Shown: one piece after another, positions 1 to 10,398 of the stretch
Layout of the letters: each line of letters begins with the position of its first letter
Position numbering within the stretch: the stretch's first letter is position 1
Virus record (IMG/VR): IMGVR_UViG_3300025502_000007
From: an uncultured virus (IMG/VR IMGVR_UViG_3300025502_000007)
Taxonomy: Duplodnaviria > Heunggongvirae > Uroviricota > Caudoviricetes
Reading direction: 5' to 3' (one strand)
Length of the DNA stretch: 64,000 nucleotides
Made by a program: the position numbers and the translations under genes
Notes under the pieces: generated by a model
What the model was told of the DNA's origin: nothing
Databases searched by the model: none
The model's input: the letters and a program-made list of their open reading frames with translations, nothing else

Positions 1-146
1 CCACAGGGGCAATTGAAAACATCATTGGAACTGGAGGATACAGAGTAGCTATGAACCCACAGGACAACGCCATTTTTGGAAGCTCTTTAGCTATGTTTGA
101 GCTCAGGAATCCAAATAAAGATATTAGGGTGCGAGTTGCCTCTTAA
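1..146 (+). CDS. 3' end of probable baseplate wedge (gp6/BplJ-like) protein, partial
   Basis: Open frame from position 3 to TAA at 144-146 reads ...AMFELRNPNKDIRVRVAS. An FE-x3-P-x2-DI-x2-RV type C-terminus is recalled from large-phage baseplate wedge proteins, and it precedes the structural cluster. Confidence 0.5.
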   Translation, partial: TGAIENIIGTGGYRVAMNPQDNAIFGSSLAMFELRNPNKDIRVRVAS

Positions 147-274
147 TTTTTCTTTGTCAGGACCTTTAGATTCGAACATGATTTCTCTTAAAAAGCTTAA
201 ATCTACTATAAGTTAGACGGCTGCTTTATTTAGATTATAAATTTCCTCGCGCATATTTATTGAAAAGCAAGTAG

Positions 275-3200
275 ATGCGCGAGGAAATCCTTTATAAAGA
301 ATCTAAAACAGGTACAACAATAGTATACTTCGATACCTTCCTTCAACCAGGAGAAGGAAAGAGTCCTGCGTACATGACTTTTGACAACCTAAATCTCCCT
401 TATGAAATTACCACTTTTGATGGTAATCAACAATGGATTAACAAAGGAGTGAACAACTCTGGGGTTAATCCTGCATCTGCTGGAATTGGCACAATTACGG
501 GCTCAGTTTACACCAATACTCTAGATTACACATTATCCTCTTCACAAAAGTCAAGAGCAAGAAGAAATTTTGCTCTTGACATGAACGAACTGTTTTCAGG
601 AAACTCTCAGAGTTACATTTTTTTCCGAGAACAACTTGTGGATGATTTATTTATAACAATAGGTTTAGAGAGAACTCAAAAAACTTTAGACACTCTATCA
701 ATATATAACAATCTCAGAAACTCTTTCCCCACACAAGAGTCTGACACAGGAGTTGTGTTTGGCCGTATAATGGCTATACAGAAGGTGAAAGATGAAAATG
801 GTAACAATATCAAGATTCCGCTTAGAAATGTCCCTATTGGCGTGTTTGCCCCCTCAGACGTGTTTTCAGACGCAACTGATGTAGATGATAATGGAAGTCG
901 AATTAGTTTTAACTTAAAAGAGGCTAGCAAACAAAGTGACTACTTTAATACCGAGAGCTTCTCTGCAGATACTGAGCAGTTTTTACAAGATGGTAGCAAC
1001 TTCACTCAAGTGCCCTCTCATTATAAATTCATGACCTACACGAATGACGAGGGAGAATTTGTTATTCACAACGTCCCTACTGGGACACAAACGATGGTGT
1101 TTGAAGTTGACATGTTTAAGCAAGGGCTGACTAAGGATGAAATATCTTTAAATTTTTTCCCATTCCCAGCAGACAATCAACCAAATTTTGACACTGTTCC
1201 TTCTTTCTTTTTTCGGCAGTTCCCAATTGACGTTGTCCCAACATGGGGCGATTTTCAGACTGGATATACAGAAGTAAACATAAACTCAAACCTTGACCTC
1301 AGAAAATGGAGCACGTTCTTCGTTCCCCCTGTGGCGATAGACGAGGAAACAATTGAGCAATTACAATCACAGGGCGTTCCAACACCTGTTCAGGTTCAGA
1401 TTAGAGATATGGCTACTGAGGGGTATCCTATTCGAAATGTTGAAGTTGTAGAAGTTCCTGACATTAGAAGCCGAGAAGAAAATCAGCAGTTTATGTGGAA
1501 AAATGAGTTTAAACAGCTCAAAAGTCGCATTGAAATAAGAAGAGATGGCTGGCAAGCATTTAAGCTCCCTGCCAATTGCTATGACCCACAAGGCTTAAAG
1601 ACTGACAGAGAAGGAGTCCCAACTGGGAACCGTGGAGTATGGTTGGCAGCATATCAAATGAAGCTGTTTTATGATAGCCCGCAAGCTATATACCGAGCTA
1701 CTGGTCAAAAAACAGTCCTAACTGAAGATAATACCTTTTCAAGAAGAGACCATTTTCACTTAAACTTTCCATATGAAAACTTTGATGAAGTGCCCATTTC
1801 TGCGGCTGCGGAAGGCGCATCAAATGGGGTGTTTCCCTATGAAAAGGCGTGGAGTCATAATTACCCTGAGCCATATGGAATACCAAGGCTCCCATCTCAG
1901 TCTAATCCAGACTTTTATGACAACGCGGGAGAAGATGGTTCATATGTACTAGAACACCCTTTGTATACAGATGGAGACAGAATTGGACATCCATTTGTGG
2001 AAGAATTTCAAGATGACGGCTTTGGTGGAGGCACTGGTGGTTATGGCGTGGAGTCTGATAGAACTAATGGAGACTGGTTCCGAACTGATTTTTCAAGATT
2101 TGTGTCAAAAAATACTTTATATCGATATGAAAACAGAGGGAATAGAAGTGAAGAATATGCAAATGGATACAAACCAAACATTCCAACATTTCCAGCACAG
2201 CCTGGCGTATCAAGCGTATTAAATGGAGAAAAGTATCAAAGAACCGAGTGTGGTTACGGATACTTTCTGAAACCAGAAGGTTGGGCAAGAACTGCAATAT
2301 ATTCTTGGTGGGGAATATCAGAAGCTACATTTGACAAAGACTTAAATGCAAGTAATGCGAACTCTATTACGACTCCAGAAGAAGGGAGTGTTGGCGGAAC
2401 CATAAGCAAATCTCCTCATTTTAACTCGATGACTGTAATCGCGTCTAACACGGGGCAAAAAACACACTTAAACTTAGGCTCAAACTCAAATTCGTTCATC
2501 AAGACAGGCTATTTAGACCTTTACAGAATTGTTAATTCGAACCCAAATGAGAATCTCAATCCTCTTAAATTAAAAGAAAACGAATCTTCCATTACATTTT
2601 ACTTTGGACCAACAAGAGTTCAAGGGTCACACACAGCAGGAAACAGAAAGCCTCAGTTTAAACAAACTGAGGACGACGGAAACCAAGACGAATGGAGGTA
2701 TGCTGAGCATAGCGAAGTAAACCAGTCAACCGTGAATGACGCCAAGCTGTATGTTCAGAACTTAGGTATAAAAACTGCTAAGATAAAATTTGGGAATGGA
2801 AATGCGTATTCTTTAGCGGCTGGACAAGGAATAGAACTTAGCTTGTTTGAAGTGGCAAATGACTGGTCTCATCTCACTTGTCAAGCAGAAAGCAATGCTG
2901 ACTATGATTATACAGAGAGATATTACACAAAATGCGTTTACAAATTTGAGTTTAGGAATGTTAAATTCTATAAAAACTTAACAACTACTGGTTCTCAGAA
3001 TTTGAGAAAAACAAACACATATTACATTATCACTAGAGAGCTTGCGTCCACGCCTCCAGGCGGCATTCATAACAAGGTTCATTTACACTCTATCTCTAAG
3101 AACGTAAAAACAAGGTCAAGCTTGACTGGAAACCAAAAATGCAACGGAGGCCCTCGTTATTATCAAAACACTGCTGACATAAGATATCGAGGCTCTTTTT

Positions 3201-3397
3201 GGGATGGCGCAAACAGCAAAAGGCACGCGGCTTCATACTGGAGCTCTCAATCTCCTTATGAGCTAACCTGTATAGAGGACAGCGGTTATCAAATTATTGA
3301 TAGCGATACAGTTCAAAGCGTGTTTAATCTAGCTCTTGACGGGGATTTAGGCGGAGTGATTAGTGGACTATCTAACTTACTTGATGACATCTTTTAA
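275..3397 (+). CDS. large virion structural protein (baseplate region) with carboxypeptidase-regulatory-like beta domain
   Basis: 1040-aa ORF. GVVFGRI...PLRNVPI...TNDEGEFVIHNVPTGTQTM resembles a CarboxypepD_reg-like fold. TATTTAT motif at 254-260. Confidence 0.65.
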   Translation: MREEILYKESKTGTTIVYFDTFLQPGEGKSPAYMTFDNLNLPYEITTFDGNQQWINKGVNNSGVNPASAGIGTITGSVYTNTLDYTLSSSQKSRARRNFALDMNELFSGNSQSYIFFREQLVDDLFITIGLERTQKTLDTLSIYNNLRNSFPTQESDTGVVFGRIMAIQKVKDENGNNIKIPLRNVPIGVFAPSDVFSDATDVDDNGSRISFNLKEASKQSDYFNTESFSADTEQFLQDGSNFTQVPSHYKFMTYTNDEGEFVIHNVPTGTQTMVFEVDMFKQGLTKDEISLNFFPFPADNQPNFDTVPSFFFRQFPIDVVPTWGDFQTGYTEVNINSNLDLRKWSTFFVPPVAIDEETIEQLQSQGVPTPVQVQIRDMATEGYPIRNVEVVEVPDIRSREENQQFMWKNEFKQLKSRIEIRRDGWQAFKLPANCYDPQGLKTDREGVPTGNRGVWLAAYQMKLFYDSPQAIYRATGQKTVLTEDNTFSRRDHFHLNFPYENFDEVPISAAAEGASNGVFPYEKAWSHNYPEPYGIPRLPSQSNPDFYDNAGEDGSYVLEHPLYTDGDRIGHPFVEEFQDDGFGGGTGGYGVESDRTNGDWFRTDFSRFVSKNTLYRYENRGNRSEEYANGYKPNIPTFPAQPGVSSVLNGEKYQRTECGYGYFLKPEGWARTAIYSWWGISEATFDKDLNASNANSITTPEEGSVGGTISKSPHFNSMTVIASNTGQKTHLNLGSNSNSFIKTGYLDLYRIVNSNPNENLNPLKLKENESSITFYFGPTRVQGSHTAGNRKPQFKQTEDDGNQDEWRYAEHSEVNQSTVNDAKLYVQNLGIKTAKIKFGNGNAYSLAAGQGIELSLFEVANDWSHLTCQAESNADYDYTERYYTKCVYKFEFRNVKFYKNLTTTGSQNLRKTNTYYIITRELASTPPGGIHNKVHLHSISKNVKTRSSLTGNQKCNGGPRYYQNTADIRYRGSFWDGANSKRHAASYWSSQSPYELTCIEDSGYQIIDSDTVQSVFNLALDGDLGGVISGLSNLLDDIF

Positions 3398-3399
3398 TA

Positions 3400-6300
3400 A
3401 TGAATAAAAAGAAACATAAAATATTACTGACGGCTTTAAAAAACGCATCGTCTGAGGATGTTGATTTGTTTTTAGAGATTGATTTGGTTCAATCTTATAA
3501 AAACATGAATCAAAGCCGATATGACAACAACTTTGACTTAGCCGAGCAATTTGTAAAAGAAAGAAATGCGTCTCGAAATTTTCGAATTTACGGAGAAATA
3601 TCTAGTACAATAATTGATTGTAATAATTTAACTATAAGAGTGTTTACGGACCCTTTGTATTTGAACGAAATAGACTCTGTTGAGACAACTCTTGTTTCAT
3701 ATGGAAAAGAAAATGTGTTCGGAAAAAAGAGAGGAAAATATATTTTAGAGGTTGATAGCTTCTTTTCTGATGATGTCTACTTTCAAGTAGATTCAGACAA
3801 TTTTAGCTACAAGCAACAGCGCTGGAGTCAAAAGCTAGTCCACTATGATACTGAAGGGAATTTTGCACCATACGGAACCGAAACGCTAGACATCAATCTT
3901 GATAGTTCAGTGTTAATAGAAAACAACTTTCCATTCTTCTTCAACAAACACTGGATAAGACTGGATTATGATATTATAGAGGAAAAAGTTGCTAAATACA
4001 CATGGGATGCCCCTGAAACCACCTTGTCAGAAGGACAGTCTGTGAACCACACTTTGTCTCTGGATAAACTTAGCCCTTTCGGAAATGAAAGATTAACTTT
4101 AACATGGAGCCCCAATACACCCTTTGCAGGGTATTCACAAGGGGTTTTGTCTGGTTTGGGTGCAGATAACCCACAGAGGGTTTTTGAGGTTAATATTCCG
4201 CCTGAACAAGAAGACCAGTCACTAGCAGCTCTAAATGGTAATGCATTTGTTTTAATTCCTATTCTCCCTGATAACCTTCAATATTTTACTGTTGGACAAA
4301 ACCTTCGAATACTAGATGGAGACTATCAAGGGGCATATACTATTGAAGCAGTATCCACACTAGGGTTTTTTGGAGATAATGAAGAATTTGATTTTACAGC
4401 AATAGTCCTAAGTGCTCAGTTTTTTGATATCCCAGACAACACAAACAGTTCAAGGTATTTTGTTGGTACAGCTCCTGATATATCTATATTTCATGAAGGC
4501 AATCAAGTGAGCCTCCCCTTAGATTTGGAGTGGACCACAATTGAACAAAATAAGTTGTTTACATTTCAAGCAAATACCGACTTTGAAATTGAGTTAGATG
4601 AGTTTTTTAAAATTGATGGAGAAAATGCGGTCCGAGTAGAAAAAGGAGTATTTCCTTATCACGGGCTTACACTTCTCGACAATACTGTTCAAAAAGAAGT
4701 AAGATACAATTTTGGAAATATCTGGGAAAACAGAGCAAGGTTTACTGGAAGAACTTCTTATGACATAACAGCTGATGAAGACTTCGATAGAACAGCGCCT
4801 GGCCCCTCAATTTTGAGGAATGGAAACTTTTGGCAAGGCCGAAATGAAGAGTTCTATACAAATGACTTCTTTGACCTCACGATTACAAATGAAGGCATTC
4901 GAACAATTATTCCTCCAAATGAACTCCTAGGTACTGACGCATCTTCTACAATAGAGGCTCAGGAGTCAAGGACATTTAGAATAAAAACCCCGTACTCAGA
5001 CAATCTCCTTCACAAGGTTGAAATTATTTATGAAGATGTGTTAATTAATTCATTAGATGACTTGCCAATCAGCGCTGTTGGGAACATCAATATAAATGGA
5101 ACAGATATAGCTGCCACTTCCCTCGGAAGTTTTCAATACATATACGAAAACATGAAGTCTCGACTAGATGATGGACCAAGTGACTGGTATAGGTTATATG
5201 GCACCCCTAAACCATTTAAAGCAGTATTCGATGATGATGCAAGAAAAATAACGTTAACATCAACTAGCCCTGGAGTGAGGCTAGTTGTGTTTTCTAAGAA
5301 CCCAATCACATTAGTTAATTATTTGAACACTTTCCAATTGAACCCTCAAATGCCAATGAGGGTATCTCTCTATGCCAATTCTAACCAAAATCAGGAATCT
5401 AGATACAAATTCACAATCAACAAATTAGGCTACAAAGAAACCTATATACCTTCTGCTCCTATACAAGCTACGGAGGGGGCGGTAGTTGATAGATACCTTG
5501 TTACGGGGTATCGAGACATTTTATACCCATATGACTCAACTCTTGAGCAGTGTAATTTTAGATTAAACGCTAATGACCTAAAAGGGGTATCGTATTATGA
5601 GGCCACATTCAGTCCTGACCAAAATCAAATTATGGAATATGGAAGTGTTATCATAAACGGGGTTCTCCTTTTATCGTCAAGCCTTTTGCCTCTCAACGAA
5701 GAAAACTTAACACAGCAAGGGTTTTTTCTGAATGAAAACGATGAAATAGAGTTTATGGGAGAATTTAGAGCCGCCCCCATAGTCCCTATACCATGCACCA
5801 GTGAAATCATATCTACTCAAAACACAAGAGCTATATGGGAAGTTCAGATTGAAGACATGTCTGATATTGGAAACAACTTTAACGGTACACGTTCATTTGA
5901 CATAACTCTAGGCAATGGCGATGGGGCATACACACTTACTGTTGGTGGACCTTCGAGTTCTGCTACAAAAAGGGCTGCAAATACTTGGTGGAATGGTTTC
6001 CCCATCCCAGTGTCGGATGAAAATGGTCCATTGGAGCCAAATGCGATACTGAGACTAAGACTCGACGAGGGGAATGGCAATGAAGTACCAGAAGGACCTT
6101 TTTCAGGAAGTGTCACCAACAACAAGCTAACCTTGGTTTCCAAAACTCCAGGACTCAACGTTCAATTGGATAATTTAGTAAACTTTGACGGATACAATGA
6201 GGGAGAAAATGCAAACCTTATTGAAACCCTGGGAGATTTTTTATCAGACATTTTTGAAGAAGTGCTCGATTTAGAGACTGAAGAAGAGCCTGATATAAAC

Positions 6301-6402
6301 CCTTTCTCTTTAAAAGCAAAACAATTTGCGCCTGGAATAGAGGTCGGAGAACTAAACACAGGAAGAAATGGTCTCGGAGGCTTTAGATTTAACATAGAAT
6401 AA
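3400..6402 (+). CDS. virion structural protein with Calx-beta/Ig-like segments
   Basis: 1000-aa acidic, beta-rich ORF directly after the previous gene. Segments such as TLSEGQSVNHTLSLDK and NTDFEIELDEFF are Calx-beta-like. Confidence 0.55.
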   Translation: MNKKKHKILLTALKNASSEDVDLFLEIDLVQSYKNMNQSRYDNNFDLAEQFVKERNASRNFRIYGEISSTIIDCNNLTIRVFTDPLYLNEIDSVETTLVSYGKENVFGKKRGKYILEVDSFFSDDVYFQVDSDNFSYKQQRWSQKLVHYDTEGNFAPYGTETLDINLDSSVLIENNFPFFFNKHWIRLDYDIIEEKVAKYTWDAPETTLSEGQSVNHTLSLDKLSPFGNERLTLTWSPNTPFAGYSQGVLSGLGADNPQRVFEVNIPPEQEDQSLAALNGNAFVLIPILPDNLQYFTVGQNLRILDGDYQGAYTIEAVSTLGFFGDNEEFDFTAIVLSAQFFDIPDNTNSSRYFVGTAPDISIFHEGNQVSLPLDLEWTTIEQNKLFTFQANTDFEIELDEFFKIDGENAVRVEKGVFPYHGLTLLDNTVQKEVRYNFGNIWENRARFTGRTSYDITADEDFDRTAPGPSILRNGNFWQGRNEEFYTNDFFDLTITNEGIRTIIPPNELLGTDASSTIEAQESRTFRIKTPYSDNLLHKVEIIYEDVLINSLDDLPISAVGNININGTDIAATSLGSFQYIYENMKSRLDDGPSDWYRLYGTPKPFKAVFDDDARKITLTSTSPGVRLVVFSKNPITLVNYLNTFQLNPQMPMRVSLYANSNQNQESRYKFTINKLGYKETYIPSAPIQATEGAVVDRYLVTGYRDILYPYDSTLEQCNFRLNANDLKGVSYYEATFSPDQNQIMEYGSVIINGVLLLSSSLLPLNEENLTQQGFFLNENDEIEFMGEFRAAPIVPIPCTSEIISTQNTRAIWEVQIEDMSDIGNNFNGTRSFDITLGNGDGAYTLTVGGPSSSATKRAANTWWNGFPIPVSDENGPLEPNAILRLRLDEGNGNEVPEGPFSGSVTNNKLTLVSKTPGLNVQLDNLVNFDGYNEGENANLIETLGDFLSDIFEEVLDLETEEEPDINPFSLKAKQFAPGIEVGELNTGRNGLGGFRFNIE

Positions 6403-6425
6403 TTGAAACAGGTTATTTATAATAG

Positions 6426-6947
6426 ATGACATATCAAAACGACATAGTAAAAACTCAAATATACATAGACGTGAGGCCGAGTTCAGCCTTCACTCAAGGC
6501 TACGGCGTGTTTCAAGTCTCAACTAGAAGCTTAGGTATGCGGCCTGAGTTTGATTTTTACATCAATGTAAACCTCAATCAAACGTTTGAGATACATGAGT
6601 ATGTTGACACACAAATTGACACTGGTATAAAAAAAATCCCAAGGCAAGAAATAAATCCATACTTTTTGGAATACGGCTTTTTCGATGACATCGCCAGAAA
6701 CAAAGTCAACAATGGAGAAGATTTAAGTTTTTCTCAATTAAACTTTATTCGAAGTGTAAGATTTGATGTATCGTTTTTAAGTGATGATGAATTAAAAAAC
6801 TGGTTCGACTCTGGAGGGAGAAATGAGCTGCCGTGGGCAAGTGTGCTTGGGAGCGACACAACGATATATGACATAGAAAAGGCTCAGATAAATCTAACCA
6901 ACATTATCTCAAAAGCAGAGGTATTGAAAACAGCTATTAATAGATAA
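6426..6947 (+). CDS. hypothetical structural protein
   Basis: 173-aa ORF with TATTTAT 5 nt upstream; TAATG stop/start overlap with the next gene. Confidence 0.6.
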   Translation: MTYQNDIVKTQIYIDVRPSSAFTQGYGVFQVSTRSLGMRPEFDFYINVNLNQTFEIHEYVDTQIDTGIKKIPRQEINPYFLEYGFFDDIARNKVNNGEDLSFSQLNFIRSVRFDVSFLSDDELKNWFDSGGRNELPWASVLGSDTTIYDIEKAQINLTNIISKAEVLKTAINR

Positions 6948-7696
6948 TGCAGAAGCACAACATAATTATAAACAAAAGATTTAAAACAAATGGACCAGTC
7001 GTCAATAGCGGCCTTGACCTGCAAAACAACTATTATGTCTATACTCAAAACTTAGGCGGCGGGTTGACCAGTGAGTTCAATGTACGCGCTTATCTAAACG
7101 ACCCCCAGAATCAGCTTATTATTGACCAGTTCATTGTATTTATTAAAGGAGCCACAACTGAGGCTGAGTTTCTGGAAATATTTTATGACGACTCAAAGCT
7201 TCAAGCGGTGTTTAATAAATTTTTTGAATCAGAACTTCAGGGGCAACAAGTGTCTGTTACGGCAGCTATCGATGAATCTCTTGCAAACACTATCTCAATA
7301 ATCGTGAATGATGGATGGTTTAAGTGGGAAGGAGATGTTACAACAAAACCAATGACAGGGCTCCCTGAAAGTCTTTTGAGCCAAATAAGAATTGACACAC
7401 CTAGAGAAGAGCTTGTCCCAATAAACATTCAAGACAGCTATTATATCCCTGTAAAATTAAACTTTAGCCACAGTCAATTGCCTAGAAGTAAATTTAAAGT
7501 TTGCAACGACTACGTAGATTCAAGACTTAACCCAGTAGAGCACTATTTAACATCGCAAGGCTTGACAGATATTCAGTCTGGAGAAATGGTGAGAACATTT
7601 TTAAATCTAATAAACCCCACTGGAGAAGAGCTTCCTATTGAAACAAATGCAGCTGGAAGCAGTCTATCCAGCCCTGAAACCTCAGAAGAAAGATAA
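6947..7696 (+). CDS. hypothetical structural protein
   Basis: 249-aa ORF with TAATG coupling at both ends. Confidence 0.6.
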   Translation: MQKHNIIINKRFKTNGPVVNSGLDLQNNYYVYTQNLGGGLTSEFNVRAYLNDPQNQLIIDQFIVFIKGATTEAEFLEIFYDDSKLQAVFNKFFESELQGQQVSVTAAIDESLANTISIIVNDGWFKWEGDVTTKPMTGLPESLLSQIRIDTPREELVPINIQDSYYIPVKLNFSHSQLPRSKFKVCNDYVDSRLNPVEHYLTSQGLTDIQSGEMVRTFLNLINPTGEELPIETNAAGSSLSSPETSEER

Positions 7697-9450
7697 TGGA
7701 GGAGTCAAATAAGATATCAACAATACTACAGTGTTTCGTAGATACAAACCTGGAGTTAAATGAGAATTTTCTCTATTCAGAGACAAAGGTTCCGACTGTG
7801 TTTTTTACAGAAACATTTAGACGAGCTCCAGAGAACACCTCCATTAGGATAGATGTATCACTACTTGCTTCTTCTGAAAAAGGGAGAGAAAGCGTCAGTG
7901 TGGTATTTATTCCTGGCGCAGCTGGACTTGAAGACGTAGGGATAAACTTGCCAATTGTTTTAAATTGGGCAGAGGGAGAGCAAATCAAAACTGTGTTTGT
8001 GGAGCTTAAAAAAGATTTTGAGCTAGAAGTCGGAAGAGACGAAGATTTCAGTTTAGCTTTGGTTGGAGCAATAAATTGTTTACCAAAAGAATCAAACTCT
8101 ACAATAACAGTTGTCATTGAGGATGAAACAATATTTAACAAAGTTTCTTTCTTAGAGACAGAAGACAGCTCTCTCTTGTCAAATGGAATAACTCAATATC
8201 TGAGCTACTTCTATGATACAGACAGCCCCGTTACATTAAAACTTGGCTTAAACAATCAGTCTGAGGGCGGAGTCGAACGTTTAAGCGTAAAACTCTATCG
8301 ACTTAGTACACCTAATTTTGATGGGAGATTTGCAGGCTTAATAACATCCATACCTGTTCAATTTGAGATTGGAGAACAGACAAAAGATGTGCTTATTGAA
8401 AATATAGCAAACTCTGTTTTAAACACTTCTCCAGTCATAGTTGTCACAATAGAAAACACTATAAAAGTGGAGTTAGATACAAATCAAGGAGCTTATAAAA
8501 ACGCACTAATGTATGTGGAAAACAATTCGCTCTCTATAAACAGAAGATGGACAACGATAAATTTTGGAGACTTTTATAGACAAAAAGGACCAACAATAGG
8601 CGGCCAGCTCCAGTTAAGAAGCCCAGTTTCTAGCGAAATCCCACAAGACTTAAACGAGACACAGAATGGATGGGCTCTGAAATACGGAAATGTGTACTTA
8701 GAAAATGTTAGCAATGAAGAAAATGGTTTTGCAGAAGCCAATTATGATAATTTCCCCACATACAGGTTTGGGCCATCATTCAACGGTGGGTTAGATGACA
8801 TTTCTTTAAAGATAACAAATAACGGAGAATTTGATATTTTATGGGATAATACCTTAGTGCAGCCAGGAGGAACTTTTGAAGTCCCAGTAAGTGGCGTAGA
8901 TTTTGAAATTTCGCTGCCATCAAACTCTCAGCTAATTGAGGCTGGTGAAATCATTCCTCAAACAGGAACAGAGGCCATCGAGAGGCTTTACGCTCAATCC
9001 TTATACAGCATCAACATTAAATACAACAATGAAGGATATACAAACCCAGACGGAGACAATATGTACTCACATGGCTTCGTTCTTAAAAACGGGAGCGGCG
9101 GGGAAGTCGAGATAGGGACTTTCGAATTCACTAATTACGGCAATGTTTTTGAATCCCAAGTCAACAAAGACTATCTAGCTGGATATTACGTATCAGTTTT
9201 AACCAGATACAACGGCAGCTTATGCACAAATGAATTCAGTGGAGAAGAAAATGTATACAATATTAGAGTGCTTGGAGCTATATTATTAGATGACACAGAG
9301 TCTGAAACTGATTATGGAGGATTTGAATTTATAAAATTCAATGATTTCAACCCCGTGTGTGGAGGAGCAAATACAAGTTACATGTCTCCACTATGGACAG
9401 GAATCCCGTTTGAAATCGCATCTCCAATTGACGATGGAACAGACGGGTAA
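7696..9450 (+). CDS. structural protein with tandem Calx-beta-like domains
   Basis: 584 aa. LNWAEGEQIKTVFVELKKD and VQFEIGEQTKDVLI match the Calx-beta pattern F/W-x2-GE-x2-K. Confidence 0.6.
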   Translation: MEESNKISTILQCFVDTNLELNENFLYSETKVPTVFFTETFRRAPENTSIRIDVSLLASSEKGRESVSVVFIPGAAGLEDVGINLPIVLNWAEGEQIKTVFVELKKDFELEVGRDEDFSLALVGAINCLPKESNSTITVVIEDETIFNKVSFLETEDSSLLSNGITQYLSYFYDTDSPVTLKLGLNNQSEGGVERLSVKLYRLSTPNFDGRFAGLITSIPVQFEIGEQTKDVLIENIANSVLNTSPVIVVTIENTIKVELDTNQGAYKNALMYVENNSLSINRRWTTINFGDFYRQKGPTIGGQLQLRSPVSSEIPQDLNETQNGWALKYGNVYLENVSNEENGFAEANYDNFPTYRFGPSFNGGLDDISLKITNNGEFDILWDNTLVQPGGTFEVPVSGVDFEISLPSNSQLIEAGEIIPQTGTEAIERLYAQSLYSINIKYNNEGYTNPDGDNMYSHGFVLKNGSGGEVEIGTFEFTNYGNVFESQVNKDYLAGYYVSVLTRYNGSLCTNEFSGEENVYNIRVLGAILLDDTESETDYGGFEFIKFNDFNPVCGGANTSYMSPLWTGIPFEIASPIDDGTDG

Positions 9451-9525
9451 AAATATTTTATCCACCAAATTCGACGTAGACATAGAAAGATAATTCAGCG
9501 TCACTATTTATAGAAAATAAGAATC

Positions 9526-10398
9526 ATGGCAACAGGACTTTACGGAACAAAAACACTTGCATCAGTCGATTTTAATGACGTGGACATCTTGTATGCATTC
9601 ACGCCTTCTCATGAAGTCGTAGGAGATTTACAATTTAAACCTCTTTTTGGTTCTATTACAGAAAGCGAGTTCCGAAAAATGATTGGCGCAGACGGGTCAT
9701 ATAAACTTCGCCTCCCCGCTACTATTTTTAATAAGCTTGGTTTTTATACAGTAATCATCAAACCAAAGACATTTCAAACTCAAATAATTGATTGTTCAAT
9801 CGTTGTGACCAATACAGACACTGAAATACAAATGTCTAAAAAAGGAATAATTATTCCAAAATTAAACTTTCAAGACACAGGAAGCTTAATTGGGTACCGC
9901 CTTGAGTATATTGACGAGAACGGAATAAAAATAAAAAACTTTCACCGCATTGTTACTTCCAGCGACTTGGTAAATGTATCTGTGAATTCATCCAGCTCAA
10001 ACTCAAGCTCTACATCTTATGTGTTAGACCAGAATGGAACAAGTTTATTCTTGACGGTCACGCCAGACGAAAACACTTTAATATCCAATGCTCAACAACC
10101 AAGCCTTGGAAGTGCTGGTCAGTCGATTTTAATCTCTAACACTTTCTTTGACCCAGTTATGATTGAAGTCGAAATGGTGGACCAAAATCTTAAAACCCTT
10201 GGCAGAGTTCTCACAGGGAACTCTATCCGAGACAATCTTACTGGGCGACTATCTTACTTTGATGAACAAGGGAATCTTTGGAGACAATACAGTCTTCTCA
10301 CTAAGAAGAATCAGTTTGGAACTGGCGAGATTGACATTAAGAGAGAAGTCAGAAATATCGACTTCAATCAAACGTTTGACGACGTTCAAAACTCCTAA
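9526..10398 (+). CDS. conserved virion structural protein
   Basis: 290-aa ORF preceded by TATTTAT at 9505; ends tail-to-tail with the minus-strand block. Confidence 0.6.
   Translation: MATGLYGTKTLASVDFNDVDILYAFTPSHEVVGDLQFKPLFGSITESEFRKMIGADGSYKLRLPATIFNKLGFYTVIIKPKTFQTQIIDCSIVVTNTDTEIQMSKKGIIIPKLNFQDTGSLIGYRLEYIDENGIKIKNFHRIVTSSDLVNVSVNSSSSNSSSTSYVLDQNGTSLFLTVTPDENTLISNAQQPSLGSAGQSILISNTFFDPVMIEVEMVDQNLKTLGRVLTGNSIRDNLTGRLSYFDEQGNLWRQYSLLTKKNQFGTGEIDIKREVRNIDFNQTFDDVQNS

Noticed and set aside
676..8141. Short antisense ORFs nested in the structural genes (and similar ones throughout)
   Set aside because: Shadow frames of long coding genes, with no recognisable motifs or promoter signals.
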